NCBI RefSeq assembly: GCF_947494555.1
Contig: NZ_CANLVF010000006.1
Coordinates: 101,374 to 165,373 of the forward strand
DNA from: an uncultured Roseibium sp.
GTDB lineage: Bacteria; Pseudomonadota; Alphaproteobacteria; Rhizobiales; Stappiaceae
Length of the DNA stretch: 64,000 nucleotides
Reading direction: 5' to 3'
In this document: positions 19,518-29,528 of the stretch, in pieces
Layout of the letters: the number at the start of each line of letters is the position of its first letter
Numbering within the stretch: position 1 is the stretch's first letter
Position numbers and translations under genes: made by a program
The notes under the pieces: generated by a model
Database searches by the model: none
Seen by the model: the letters and a program-made list of their open reading frames with translations, nothing else
Told to the model about the DNA's origin: nothing

Positions 19518-20444
19518 TTACTCCGGCAGCATGGTTTCCCTGTCGACCCGCGCGGTTCTTGCCTCTTCCATGAGCCACTGCCGAAACGCGGCAACGACCG
19601 GACGCATCGTCCGCCCCTCCGGATAGACAAAGTAATAGGCGGTCTGCTGGTCAAGTGACAGATCAAACAGACGGACAAGACGACCTGACGCCAATTCGGC
19701 CTCAATAAAGAAACGCGGAATAAGCGCTGCTCCCGCGTGGTGGATAGCAGCCTCCGATATCATCACAAATTGTTCGAAACGTGCTCCCTGAAAGGCGCTA
19801 TCCGTTTCCACGCTGGCAAGATCGAACCACTGCCGCCATGCCAGTGGTCTCGTTGCCAGTTGGAGCCGGGGCACACGTATTAGATCCTGCGGTGTTCGAA
19901 TTTCATGCCTGTCCCGGAAGACACGCGATGCGACAGGGATTACTTCCTCGGCAAAGAGCCTTTCTGTGATCGCACCTGCCCAGACCGGATCACCGTGGTG
20001 AATTGCTCCGTCAAACGGTTGTTCATCAAAATCGAAGGGCTGAAGGCGCACACTCAAATTCAGCCCGGCCTGCGGATACCGGCGCCCGAAATCCGCCAGC
20101 CGCGGGGCAAGCCAGCGTGTTCCAAATGTCGGTAACACAGCCAGGTTCAGAACATCGGCGCTGCCGGCATACGACATCACCTGGCGGGTTGCCGCGGTCA
20201 TCTGCTCCAACGCTCCGCGGATGTCGTGAAGATAGAGACGGCCGGCATCCGTCAGCACAATGCGTTGCCTTACGCGTCTGAAGAGCTCAACGCCAAGCCG
20301 GTCTTCCAAGTGACGTACCTGTTTCGAGATAGCCCCTTGAGTGAGGTGCAGCTCTTCCGCAGCCCGAGTGAAACTCAAGTGCCTTGCCGCGCACTCAAAC
20401 GCAATCAGGGTGTCCGCCGCGGGGATAAAGGCTCGCTTCATCAA
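19518..20444 (-). CDS. LysR-family regulator (GcvA/GcdR-like), divergent from gcdH
   Basis: [32 protein letters not shown] helix-turn-helix; [13 protein letters not shown]. Confidence 0.92.
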   Translation of the reverse strand: MMKRAFIPAADTLIAFECAARHLSFTRAAEELHLTQGAISKQVRHLEDRLGVELFRRVRQRIVLTDAGRLYLHDIRGALEQMTAATRQVMSYAGSADVLNLAVLPTFGTRWLAPRLADFGRRYPQAGLNLSVRLQPFDFDEQPFDGAIHHGDPVWAGAITERLFAEEVIPVASRVFRDRHEIRTPQDLIRVPRLQLATRPLAWRQWFDLASVETDSAFQGARFEQFVMISEAAIHHAGAALIPRFFIEAELASGRLVRLFDLSLDQQTAYYFVYPEGRTMRPVVAAFRQWLMEEARTARVDRETMLPE

Positions 20445-20454
20445 TTTCTCTTAC

Positions 20455-20475
20455 TTCATTCCAATTGGTTATGAA
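20455..20475. promoter_or_regulatory. Candidate LysR recognition site (T-N11-A within a palindrome)
   Basis: TTCAT-N11-ATGAA in the lysR/gcdH divergent intergenic region. Confidence 0.45.
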
Positions 20476-20614
20476 CTTTGAACCAGCTTTCGCTTTTCTG
20501 CAAATAAAAAGCCGGTCACACTCTCCAAATCAGAATGATCTCCGGTCAAATCGATTGCGCAATGCGCAATTTGGAGGTCAACAGATTTGCCAGCCTCGCA
20601 ACAGGAGCAGCGCC

Positions 20615-21832
20615 ATGAATGCACCCGTACAGATCAAGTCCTCCCCGTCCGGTGGCGGCACATTCGACTGGCAGGACCCATTTCACCTGCGCGACCAGTT
20701 GAAAGAGGACGAACAGCTCATCCAGGATACGGCGCGTGCCTTTGCACAGGAAAAGCTGTTGCCGCGCATCATCGATGCGTACCGGGAAGAGACAACGGAT
20801 CGTGGCATTTTCAATGAAATGGGCGCCCTTGGATTGCTCGGTGTCACTCTTCCGGAAGACTACGGCTGCGCCGGTGCCTCGTATGTTTCCTACGGTGTGG
20901 TCGCGCGCGAAATCGAACGGGTCGATTCCGGTTACCGGTCGATGATGAGCGTGCAATCTTCTCTCGTCATGTATCCAATTTATGCATACGGCTCTGAAGA
21001 ACAACGCCGGAAATACCTGCCCAAACTGGCCACGGGAGAGTATGTCGGCTGTTTCGGGCTGACCGAGCCTGACGCCGGTTCCGACCCCGCCGGAATGCGG
21101 ACCCGCGCCGACAAGATCGACGGCGGATACCGGCTGACCGGCAGCAAAATGTGGATTTCAAACTCCCCGATTGCTGACGTTTTTGTCGTCTGGGCGAAGT
21201 CGGAAGCCCATGACGGTGCGATCCGGGGTTTTGTGCTCGACAAAGGCATGAAGGGTCTCTCGGCACCCAAGGTCGGTGGTAAGCTGTCGCTGCGCGCGTC
21301 GATCACCGGTGAGATCGTCATGGACGGCGTCGAAGTCGGCGAAGAAGCTCTGCTGCCCAATGTCTCCGGACTGAAGGGGCCGTTTGGATGTCTCAACCGG
21401 GCAAGATACGGCATTGCATGGGGTTCCATGGGTGCGGCGGAAGACTGCTGGACCCGTGCGCGCCAATATGGCCTTGACCGTGTGCAGTTTGGCCGCCCGC
21501 TGGCGCAAACCCAGCTGTTCCAGAAGAAACTCGCCGACATGCAGACCGAAATTTCACTGGGCCTGCAGGCTGCCTTGCGTGTCGGACAGCTTTTCGACGC
21601 CGGGAAAGCTTCTCCGGAAATGATCTCCATCATCAAGCGGAACAACTGCGGCAAGGCGCTGGAGATCGCGCGACAGGCACGGGATATGCACGGAGGCAAT
21701 GGTATTCAGGAAGAATATCACGTCATGCGGCACAGCCAGAACCTTGAGACCGTAAACACTTATGAGGGCACGCACGACATTCACGCGCTGATCCTCGGCC
21801 GCGCGCAAACCGGTCTTCAGGCCTTTTTCTAA
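20615..21832 (+). CDS. gcdH: Glutaryl-CoA dehydrogenase
   Basis: Start ATG 20615 with AGGAG RBS; [57 protein letters not shown]. Confidence 0.9.
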   Translation: MNAPVQIKSSPSGGGTFDWQDPFHLRDQLKEDEQLIQDTARAFAQEKLLPRIIDAYREETTDRGIFNEMGALGLLGVTLPEDYGCAGASYVSYGVVAREIERVDSGYRSMMSVQSSLVMYPIYAYGSEEQRRKYLPKLATGEYVGCFGLTEPDAGSDPAGMRTRADKIDGGYRLTGSKMWISNSPIADVFVVWAKSEAHDGAIRGFVLDKGMKGLSAPKVGGKLSLRASITGEIVMDGVEVGEEALLPNVSGLKGPFGCLNRARYGIAWGSMGAAEDCWTRARQYGLDRVQFGRPLAQTQLFQKKLADMQTEISLGLQAALRVGQLFDAGKASPEMISIIKRNNCGKALEIARQARDMHGGNGIQEEYHVMRHSQNLETVNTYEGTHDIHALILGRAQTGLQAFF

Positions 21833-21848
21833 AAACGATCGTGAAAAC

Positions 21849-21871
21849 GTGTGCGAGCAGCGCTCGCACAC
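21849..21871 (+). terminator. Hairpin after gcdH (possible terminator)
   Basis: GTGTGCGAGC-agc-GCTCGCACAC, a perfect 10-bp stem 17 nt past the stop; no clear U-tract. Confidence 0.4.
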
Positions 21872-22005
21872 CGTCGGCAACTGCCCAATTCCAATCTTCG
21901 GGTGGCTTTCAGCCCGTTCACAGCAGTGGGGAGAAGCTTGCCGGCGATCAATCGGCCTGATCGCAGGGATAACGCCGACAGCCGCACCCGAACGAACGGG
22001 TCACT

Positions 22006-23061
22006 TCATTCGGCGACCAGCAGCGGGACCGGCCTATCCGGGTTCTGGGGATCATCGCCGGGCGCTGCATTTTGCGTCAGGGTCATTGGATCGACCGGAA
22101 TGATCTCCTCTTGATCCGATGATGCCTGTGTCGGGTTTTCTTCAGATAGCGATACATTTTCTTCCGCCGGTTCAACCTCACCATCCTGAGCAGGCGTCTC
22201 GTCTGCATCGGTGTGTTCGACGGCATCCGGCGAGACCGGGTCACCGGTCTCGGTCCTGACAGCCTCAGTTCGTTCCTGCGTACCAACCCAAGCTATAATT
22301 CTTGAAAAACTGTCCGCGAGAACGGCCTGCAAGCGCGAAACACGGGTCCGGTCGGGCTCGAAGGGCGGGGACTCGTGACGAAGGTAGGATCGCTGCGCCA
22401 GAAGCAGCGTCAGGCAATGGATACCCTGTTCGGGCCTGCCGTAGGTCCGAACGATGTATCCGCCAGTCGTTTGCTCATCAACGCCAACGGTAAAGCCCTC
22501 CAAACCGCTGAACGACCCGACGAACAGGTTTCGCAGGTCAGCGTCGCAGGCAGTTCCGCCGGCGCTTCCGATGTTGACGACAGGCAATCCCTTGTCCGTC
22601 ACGCCCTTGATCTGAGAACGCATCGACTGACAGTCCAGCAAAACAATGTTGCGATGCCTGCGCATCAACCTGTCGACCTGCTTGCGCAACTCCATATGAA
22701 ACGGCGAATGAAACAGGAGAACCCTTTGTTCCAATTCAGTCGGGCCGGGTTCTTCGCCTTCCTGGTAGATTTTCTTGCCGTCCAGTGTCGTTTCCGGACA
22801 GAGGTCGGCGTTATCGACAGCGGCACCCGGTTGCGACGCAGGATCGACATCCGGATCGATGACGTAACGCGAAACGGAAGAACGCAGGACGGTCAGATCG
22901 AGGTCAGCGTGAAACCCGAACACACGCTCCAGCCGCCATGCCAGGTCTGCCTGAAGGCGGCCTGTCGCGTTGAACCGGCCTGACACCGCATTGGGCACAT
23001 CGGTGCCGCTGTGCGGCAGGCACAGGATGATCGGGCTCTGTCCTTCATCAACCAAAATCAT
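22006..23061 (-). CDS. N-formylglutamate amidohydrolase (HutG) family protein, degenerate active site, acidic C-terminal tail
   Basis: LPHSGTD, SRYVID, FHSPFH, LDCQS (family has D-x-H-S); the last ~90 aa are acidic and low complexity. Confidence 0.7.
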   Translation of the reverse strand: MILVDEGQSPIILCLPHSGTDVPNAVSGRFNATGRLQADLAWRLERVFGFHADLDLTVLRSSVSRYVIDPDVDPASQPGAAVDNADLCPETTLDGKKIYQEGEEPGPTELEQRVLLFHSPFHMELRKQVDRLMRRHRNIVLLDCQSMRSQIKGVTDKGLPVVNIGSAGGTACDADLRNLFVGSFSGLEGFTVGVDEQTTGGYIVRTYGRPEQGIHCLTLLLAQRSYLRHESPPFEPDRTRVSRLQAVLADSFSRIIAWVGTQERTEAVRTETGDPVSPDAVEHTDADETPAQDGEVEPAEENVSLSEENPTQASSDQEEIIPVDPMTLTQNAAPGDDPQNPDRPVPLLVAE

Positions 23062-23430
23062 GTTGCAACGCCTAACCGACGAGACGGGACCTGCGCTAGA
23101 GTGAAGAATTTACTTTGCGGAAACAAGACATTTTCTTTGCAGCAGCAAGACATCCGCTTTCACGGTAAACGGCAGCGGATGCCGCAGCTGCCTGTGATTC
23201 CTAGGCTTATTACAGTCTGCCGGGCTTTCCAAGGCGCAACGGAATCAACTGATCGGGATCGAAGACCCAATCCGGATGTTCGCGTGCGCACAAAGCGCGG
23301 ACGCGCGCGGGTGTTGCCCGTTCCCTTGACGCGCACACCAATGCAGGCAATTTTCTGTGTATTGCTTCCAACCTGCGGGCGCACTTGATCGCCCGGTCCA
23401 GTCTGATAACCGACCGCAAAAGGAAACCGG

Positions 23431-24609
23431 ATGTCACTTCGCCACGGCAAAGAATTCCTGATGATTCCAGGACCGACCAACGTGCCCGACGAGGTTCTTA
23501 GAGCGATGCATCGCCCGGCGGTTGACATCTATGAAGGCCCACTGCTTGAGACGACGGATTTTTGCCTGACGAGCCTCAAGCGGCTGTTCCGGACAGAGGG
23601 CAAAACCTACATCTACACCGCCAACGGCCATGGCGCCTGGGATGCGGCCCTATGCAACACCTTGAAGCGGGGCGACAAAGTCCTCGTTCTGGAGTCCGGC
23701 CGTTTCGCGCTCGGTTGGGGGGAAGCTGCCGAGATTGCCGGGATAGAAGCGGAGATTCTCGAAGGTTCCTGGGACAAGAGCGTCGACCCGGCACGCCTGG
23801 AAGAACGCTTGCGCCAGGACACCGCACACGATATTGCAGCCGTTCTTGTGGTTCAGGTCGATACGGCTTCCGGGGTCTGGAATGACATTCTCGCCTTGCG
23901 GAAAGCCATCGACGCAGCCGGGCATCCCGCACTCTTCATGGTCGATACGATCGCATCACTTGGGTGCATGCCCTTTGAAATGGATGCATGGGGTGTCGAT
24001 GTCGCCCTCACCGGATCACAGAAGGGCCTCATGTGTCCCCCCGGTCTTTCCTTTGTTGCGGCAAGCCCCAAAGCGGACAAAGCACACGAAACCGCGACCT
24101 TAAGAACCAATTACACAGACTGGACCTTCCGGCAGGGTCCCGAGCATTACCAGAAATACTGCGGCACGCCGCCGGAGCATCTGCTTTATGCCTTCCAGAG
24201 AGCGCTGGAGCTTTTGTTTGAAGAAGGGCTGGAACAGGCCTGGCACCGCCACGCACTTCTCGGCGAGGCCACCCGCCGCGCCGTATCAAAATGGTCGCAA
24301 GGAGGCGCTGTCGATTTTAATATCAGCGAGCCTCATGCACGATCAAACAGCGTAACTGTAGTGCGTCTGGAAAGCACACATGCATCGGACCTTCGCGAAT
24401 TTACCAAGACCGTCTGCGGTGTAACGATCGGCGGTACGATCGGCGATATTTCCGGAAAAGGCATCCGCATTGCGCATATGGGGCACGTAAACGCGGTTAT
24501 GCTGCTTGGAACACTTGGCGCGATTGAGCTCGGCTTCGATAAACTGTCCATTCCCCACGGCAAAGGCGGCGTTCGGGCGGCTATCGACTATCTCGCCGAG
24601 ACGCTGTAA
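23431..24609 (+). CDS. Class V PLP aminotransferase (serine/alanine-glyoxylate aminotransferase-like)
   Basis: MIPGPTNVP, NGHGAW, VQVDTASG, DTIASLG, TGSQKGLMCPPG (PLP Lys), RIAHMG. Confidence 0.9.
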   Translation: MSLRHGKEFLMIPGPTNVPDEVLRAMHRPAVDIYEGPLLETTDFCLTSLKRLFRTEGKTYIYTANGHGAWDAALCNTLKRGDKVLVLESGRFALGWGEAAEIAGIEAEILEGSWDKSVDPARLEERLRQDTAHDIAAVLVVQVDTASGVWNDILALRKAIDAAGHPALFMVDTIASLGCMPFEMDAWGVDVALTGSQKGLMCPPGLSFVAASPKADKAHETATLRTNYTDWTFRQGPEHYQKYCGTPPEHLLYAFQRALELLFEEGLEQAWHRHALLGEATRRAVSKWSQGGAVDFNISEPHARSNSVTVVRLESTHASDLREFTKTVCGVTIGGTIGDISGKGIRIAHMGHVNAVMLLGTLGAIELGFDKLSIPHGKGGVRAAIDYLAETL

Positions 24610-24699
24610 CGGCGTTGCCGGAAGTCCCTGGTTTTGGCCGCAGCTTGGCATCAGCATTCTTTGCAGAAAATACACCACGACCCTTAAGCGTCTGAGGTA

Positions 24700-26169
24700 C
24701 TAGAGCTTTTCTTCCAGACGACCGCAAATCGTTTTCAGCACCTGGATGCGTGCGTGCCTTTTGTTTTCCGATGAAACCAGCGTCCAGGGGGCATAGTGCG
24801 TCGACGTTCTGTCGACCATGTCCCCCGCGGCAATGGCATACTGGTCCCATTTCAGCCGGTTGCGCCAATCTTCATCTGTGATCTTGTGCTGCTTGTAGGC
24901 TGTGTCTTCCCGGGCCTTGAAGCGGCGGAGCTGCTCTTCCTCAGAAATGGCCAGCCAGAATTTGCAGACAATATATCCGAAATCGGTCAACTCCTGTTCG
25001 AATTCATTGATTTCGTTATACGCCCGCAGCCAGTCATTATGTCCCGCGAAACCCTCGACGCGTTCGACGAGGACACGCTCATACCAGGACCGGTCAAAAA
25101 TCGCGAAATGCCCCTTGCGCGGAACCCGGCGCCAGAACCGCCAGAGATAGGGGCGCGCCTTTTCCTCGTCTGTCGGTGCCGAGATCGGATGCACCTTGTA
25201 GATCCGCGGATCGAGCGGGCGGATGACCCGCCGGATCGCGCCGCCCTTGCCGGCCGCGTCATTTCCCTGAAACACGAGAACAACGCCGGTCTTTGACATT
25301 GATTTGCGATCGGAAAGCTCCGAGAGCGTATCCTGATATTTGCGCCGGAGTTTTTCGTATTCTTCCTTTTCCAGCTTCTCGGTCAGATCGATGGTGTCGA
25401 CGGCCGTCTCCCGTTCCAATCCACCTACCACAGGCGGTGCGGCGACGGATTGAGGTTCGCTATCTTCCAGTTTCAAGCTCATCGACCTTGCCACTGTCTG
25501 CGCGAGAGCGGCATCGCGGTATTCAGGATCCTGCGAGGGGATAACGAACCAGGGGGCATATCCCTTGCTTGTTTCCAGAACTATTTTTTCGCCCGCTTCA
25601 CTCGCCCTCTTGTGGTGTTTGAGGGCGGCCCAGTCGGCCAGGACATGGCGGGCTGCGTTTTTCTTCTCGATTTTTTTCAGCCGTTCCTCCTGCACATCTT
25701 TGGGCAGAAGGAACCAGAACTTGAGTATCAGCACGTCCTCGTTGGAGAGCATTTCCTCAAACTTGCGGATCCGGACAAGCGCTTTTTCAAACGCGTCCTC
25801 GTCGATTTTCTTATAGATCCAGTCCCGCAAGACGGACTGGTACCAGCTACCGAATACAATCGCCGTTTCCCCCTTGGCAGGCAGATCGCGCCAATAGCGC
25901 CACAGAGGCGGGCGCAGCCGGGCTTCGTCCGTCGGTTCGCCATAGGCGTTGCAGACCAGATGACGCGCGTCCATCCATCCGTAAAGACGTGCCACAGCTT
26001 CGCCCTTGCCGGCTCCATCCAGTCCGTCGACAAGGATCAGTGTGGAATAGGGTTTGTGCTCAATGACCGGCAGCTGTGCCGTAAGCAGGGATTCCCGCAG
26101 CTCGGGCTCCATCTTCTTGAAGATCTTTTTTGTCATTTTTTGCGGCAAACGGGCGGATTCAAACATCAA
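24700..26169 (-). CDS. pap: Two-domain PPK2, polyphosphate:AMP phosphotransferase type
   Basis: Two P-loop repeats (DGLDGAGKG; QGNDAAGKG); FDRSWY intact in domain 2 and degenerate (FGSWY) in domain 1. Confidence 0.88.
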   Translation of the reverse strand: MMFESARLPQKMTKKIFKKMEPELRESLLTAQLPVIEHKPYSTLILVDGLDGAGKGEAVARLYGWMDARHLVCNAYGEPTDEARLRPPLWRYWRDLPAKGETAIVFGSWYQSVLRDWIYKKIDEDAFEKALVRIRKFEEMLSNEDVLILKFWFLLPKDVQEERLKKIEKKNAARHVLADWAALKHHKRASEAGEKIVLETSKGYAPWFVIPSQDPEYRDAALAQTVARSMSLKLEDSEPQSVAAPPVVGGLERETAVDTIDLTEKLEKEEYEKLRRKYQDTLSELSDRKSMSKTGVVLVFQGNDAAGKGGAIRRVIRPLDPRIYKVHPISAPTDEEKARPYLWRFWRRVPRKGHFAIFDRSWYERVLVERVEGFAGHNDWLRAYNEINEFEQELTDFGYIVCKFWLAISEEEQLRRFKAREDTAYKQHKITDEDWRNRLKWDQYAIAAGDMVDRTSTHYAPWTLVSSENKRHARIQVLKTICGRLEEKL

Positions 26170-26407
26170 CGGCTCCTGAAAAGGCGTGCTGAGTGCATCT
26201 TGTCGCAGCCGGCGTCAAAATTCTATCGTTGATATCAATCCTGCGCCGAAACGATTTTTCGCTATTGGTTGCAGGGTTCAGCGCTTATATGAAACGCTAA
26301 TCGAATCAACCGGGCCGGATTTTACTCCCGGACCTGGCTCAATCGATACGTTTGGCCGTACCCGAGCCTTTTGAAATGTTGCATTACAGTCAGACTGACG
26401 GACATCC

Positions 26408-28456
26408 GTGACCGAACTTCTTGACCACGTACTGACCTTTATTGCCGAAAACCCGGGGCTGGCCGGCCTTATTTGCTTTCTGGCCGCCATGGGCGAAGCA
26501 CTTTTCATTATCGGCCTGTTCGTCCCCACGACCGTCGTTCTGGTCGGCGCGGGAACACTTGTCGGGCTGGGCAAGCTGGACCCGGTTCCGCTCTTCATCT
26601 GGACAACGCTTGGCGCGACGGCAGGAGATGCGATTTCCTACTGGATCGGCTATCGGTTCAAAGACAAGATCAAAAGCATGTGGCCGCTCAACAAGTACAG
26701 CCACATGATTGAAAGCGGCGAGAAATTCTTCCAGCGCCATGGCGGGAAGAGCGTGTTCTTCGGCCGGTTCGTTCCGGGCGTAAAGTCCGTCGTGCCTGGA
26801 ATCGCCGGTATGGCAGGCATGAACTTCACGCGTTTTTCCATCGTCAATGTCACGTCGGCCTTTGCCTGGACGATCGCCCATATGGGCCCTGGTATCATCG
26901 CAGGCTCCGCCCTCAGCGCCATCGGTCAGATCAGCGGCCGGCTTGCCTTTGTTCTCGGCGCACTTTTGCTCATCATTTTCCTCATCGTGATGCTGGGACG
27001 GTGGCTCATCCTGATCATTCTGCCGCTTTTTCCAAATGCTCACGCCGCGATCATTTCATGGGTTGCCAAACATCCGGACCGGGTGTCGCAATGGATCGCG
27101 CGCAATTTCGATCCCAAGCACCCGCGATCGGCAGGCATGCTTGCCTCGGCACTATTGCTTCTGATCACCATGCCCGCCTTCTTCTGGGTTGTCGGGCAGG
27201 TTGCCCCCGGCGAACCGATGGTGCGCGCCGATCTGTCGATCCTGAACTTCTTCGACAGTCTGCGCACACCTGTCGGCGACAAGATCATGGTGTTCTTTAC
27301 GACACTCGGCGACGGGGTCGTGGTAACGGCTGTTACGCTCGCGGTTGCGGTCTATCTTTTCGTGCGGAAAGCCTGGCGCCGGGGCATCGGGTTCATCATT
27401 GCCATGGCGGGGACGGCCATGTTCGTGCCCCTGTTCAAATTGCTCCTGCACCGCTCACGTCCGATCGAACTCTATGCGGGAGCGGATGCCTACAGCTTTC
27501 CAAGCGGCCACGCGACATTGACCGCCGTCCTGTTCGGTATTTGTGCTGTCCTGATCGCGCATGACCTGAACCGGTGGCTGAAGGCCACAGTCTTTACCGT
27601 GATTGCGACGCTGGTGATCACGATCGGGTTTTCCAGGGTCTATCTGGGCGCTCACTGGATGTCTGACGTCCTCGCCGGGCTGCTTTTCGGAACCGCGATG
27701 GTCTCAGCCTTCGCCTTCGTTTTCGGACCGATCCATAACGAGAAGATCGGACGGTCGACACTTGCCGGACTCGTCTTTGCAACATTGGTGGTCTTCGGTG
27801 GATGGCACATCCATGCAAGCTTCGACCATGCGCTTCTGACATATCAGCCGAGAAGCGATACGGAGGTTCTGACCGCGTCGGGCTGGCGTGAAAGCGAGTG
27901 GCAATCTCTTCCCGCCAGAAGGATCGAGCTGAACGGCGACCAGGAAGAACCCCTCGTGATCCAGTTTGCCGGTTCACTTTCGAGCTTCGCAACAACCGCA
28001 GAAAAAGACGGATGGCTGCGTCCGCCGAAGTGGTCCCTGACGACAGCCGGCGGCTTCGTTGAAGGCGAGACACCACCCGATTCCCTTCCAATCCTGCCGC
28101 GCAGCCAGAACGGCAGGCAGCCGGACCTCGTCCTGATACACAAGGATCCGGACGAAGAACGCGGCGGCCGCTGGGTTCTGCGCCTGTGGCCAAGCAGGTA
28201 CCAGATTCTGGAGGGCGGCGTCCTGCAACCGCTCTATCTCGGCAGTGTGGTCCACGAAGATATTCTGCGCCCCATGGGCGAGTTTTCCGGCCCAAGAACG
28301 GATCGCTACACGCCACCCGCTTCAGAGAACCCGGCTTTGCTTATCCCGGGTGCCCAGCAGAAAACACGCCCCGATGGAATCGGAGTGGTTCTAAGCTTCG
28401 GCAAAGAAAGAGCTGATCCGGCAGACAAATCTGCAGCCGGCGCGCAAGGTCAATGA
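26408..28456 (+). CDS. Bifunctional DedA / PAP2 phosphatase membrane protein with LssY-like C-terminus
   Basis: DedA FFGRFVPGVKS; PAP2 KLLLHRSRP, SFPSGH, SRVYLGAHWMSDV. Confidence 0.9.
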   Translation: MTELLDHVLTFIAENPGLAGLICFLAAMGEALFIIGLFVPTTVVLVGAGTLVGLGKLDPVPLFIWTTLGATAGDAISYWIGYRFKDKIKSMWPLNKYSHMIESGEKFFQRHGGKSVFFGRFVPGVKSVVPGIAGMAGMNFTRFSIVNVTSAFAWTIAHMGPGIIAGSALSAIGQISGRLAFVLGALLLIIFLIVMLGRWLILIILPLFPNAHAAIISWVAKHPDRVSQWIARNFDPKHPRSAGMLASALLLLITMPAFFWVVGQVAPGEPMVRADLSILNFFDSLRTPVGDKIMVFFTTLGDGVVVTAVTLAVAVYLFVRKAWRRGIGFIIAMAGTAMFVPLFKLLLHRSRPIELYAGADAYSFPSGHATLTAVLFGICAVLIAHDLNRWLKATVFTVIATLVITIGFSRVYLGAHWMSDVLAGLLFGTAMVSAFAFVFGPIHNEKIGRSTLAGLVFATLVVFGGWHIHASFDHALLTYQPRSDTEVLTASGWRESEWQSLPARRIELNGDQEEPLVIQFAGSLSSFATTAEKDGWLRPPKWSLTTAGGFVEGETPPDSLPILPRSQNGRQPDLVLIHKDPDEERGGRWVLRLWPSRYQILEGGVLQPLYLGSVVHEDILRPMGEFSGPRTDRYTPPASENPALLIPGAQQKTRPDGIGVVLSFGKERADPADKSAAGAQGQ

Positions 28457-28580
28457 CCGGGGTTCTCGATCCAGGCCCCTGACGCGTGTCAGCGAGCCCT
28501 ATTCTCAAAGGCAACAATCCAGACGCAGACAAAATGTAGCAGGCCGTGAAAGCGGGTTGTGGGTTGCGACTTTTTCATAA

Positions 28581-28600
28581 TATTCATATATTCGAAAATA
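28581..28600. promoter_or_regulatory. Candidate persulfide-responsive ArsR (SqrR/BigR-type) operator
   Basis: AT-rich patch TATTCATATATTCGAAAATA containing ATTC-N8-GAAA (28582-28597), about 20 nt upstream of the sulfur operon. Confidence 0.45.
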
Positions 28601-28620
28601 ATATAAACATGAGGCTCATG

Positions 28621-29049
28621 ATGACCGATTTCACACCCCTTCAAAGCCTGACTGGCGGCATGCTGATCGGATTGGCAGCAGTCGCCCTGATGATGATGCA
28701 CGGACGCATTGCCGGGATCAGCGGTATCGTGAACGGCCTCTTGACCCTGCAGTTGAACAAGGACTGGGCCTGGCGCGCCGCATTCCTTGCCGGAATGATC
28801 CTTAGTCCCTTGATCCTGCTGGTCGCGACCGGACGGCTGCCGGACATTCAGATACCCGTAGCGGCACCACTTCTTGCCGTCGGCGGATTTCTCATAGGCA
28901 TAGGCGTGACCCTAGGGTCCGGCTGCACAAGCGGTCACGGTGTCTGCGGCATGTCACGCCTTTCAAAACGCTCGATCGCAGCAACACTCACGTTCATGGT
29001 CACCGCAGTGATCACCGTTTTTGTTATCCGGCACACACTGGGAGGCTGA
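28621..29049 (+). CDS. YeeE/YedE-family sulfur transporter subunit
   Basis: GGMLIG, GRIAGISGI, GSGCTSGHGVCG motif; GAGG RBS (alternative ATG 28618). Confidence 0.88.
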   Translation: MTDFTPLQSLTGGMLIGLAAVALMMMHGRIAGISGIVNGLLTLQLNKDWAWRAAFLAGMILSPLILLVATGRLPDIQIPVAAPLLAVGGFLIGIGVTLGSGCTSGHGVCGMSRLSKRSIAATLTFMVTAVITVFVIRHTLGG

Positions 29050-29050
29050 T

Positions 29051-29491
29051 TTGGCACGCATTCTCTCCGCCTTTGTCATCGGCCTGATCTTCGGCACCGG
29101 CATCCTGGTGTCCGGAATGGGAAATCCGGCAAAAGTTCTCAACTTCTTTGATCTTGCAGGAACATGGGATCCCAGCCTTGCCTTCGTAATGGGTGGCGCA
29201 CTGCTCGTCACGGCAATCGGCTATCGTGTGGTCCTCACAAAACCCGAACCTGTCCTTGAAGGATCTTTTTTGCTGCCGGCGAGGCGCGACCTGGATTTGA
29301 AGCTCATTGGCGGTTCCGCGGTTTTCGGCATCGGCTGGGGCATGGCCGGATTTTGCCCGGGCGGCCTCGTGCCCGTGCTCGGCCTTGGAATGGCTGAACC
29401 CGCGCTGACGGCAGTTTCCATCGTGGCAGGCATGCTGGCGGCCAGGTGGACGTCCCGGATAGCCCTCAAAAAACAACCGGCCGGTGCCTGA
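29051..29491 (+). CDS. YeeE/YedE-family partner subunit
   Basis: TTG start 1 nt after the previous stop with GGAGG RBS; SGMGNPAKVLNFFD, WDPSLAFVMGGA, GFCPG. Confidence 0.85.
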   Translation: MARILSAFVIGLIFGTGILVSGMGNPAKVLNFFDLAGTWDPSLAFVMGGALLVTAIGYRVVLTKPEPVLEGSFLLPARRDLDLKLIGGSAVFGIGWGMAGFCPGGLVPVLGLGMAEPALTAVSIVAGMLAARWTSRIALKKQPAGA

Positions 29492-29528
29492 CCAACTTCA
29501 GCAACCGGCTCACCCATGGAGGAATATG

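Noticed and set aside
20465-20614. 50-aa N-terminal extension of GcdH
   Set aside because: It spans the divergent promoter and LysR site; ATG 20615 has a clear AGGAG RBS.
24700-26169. Degenerate Walker B in the first PPK2 domain as a pseudogene sign
   Set aside because: One degenerate domain is typical of two-domain PPK2 (PAP) enzymes and the ORF is intact.
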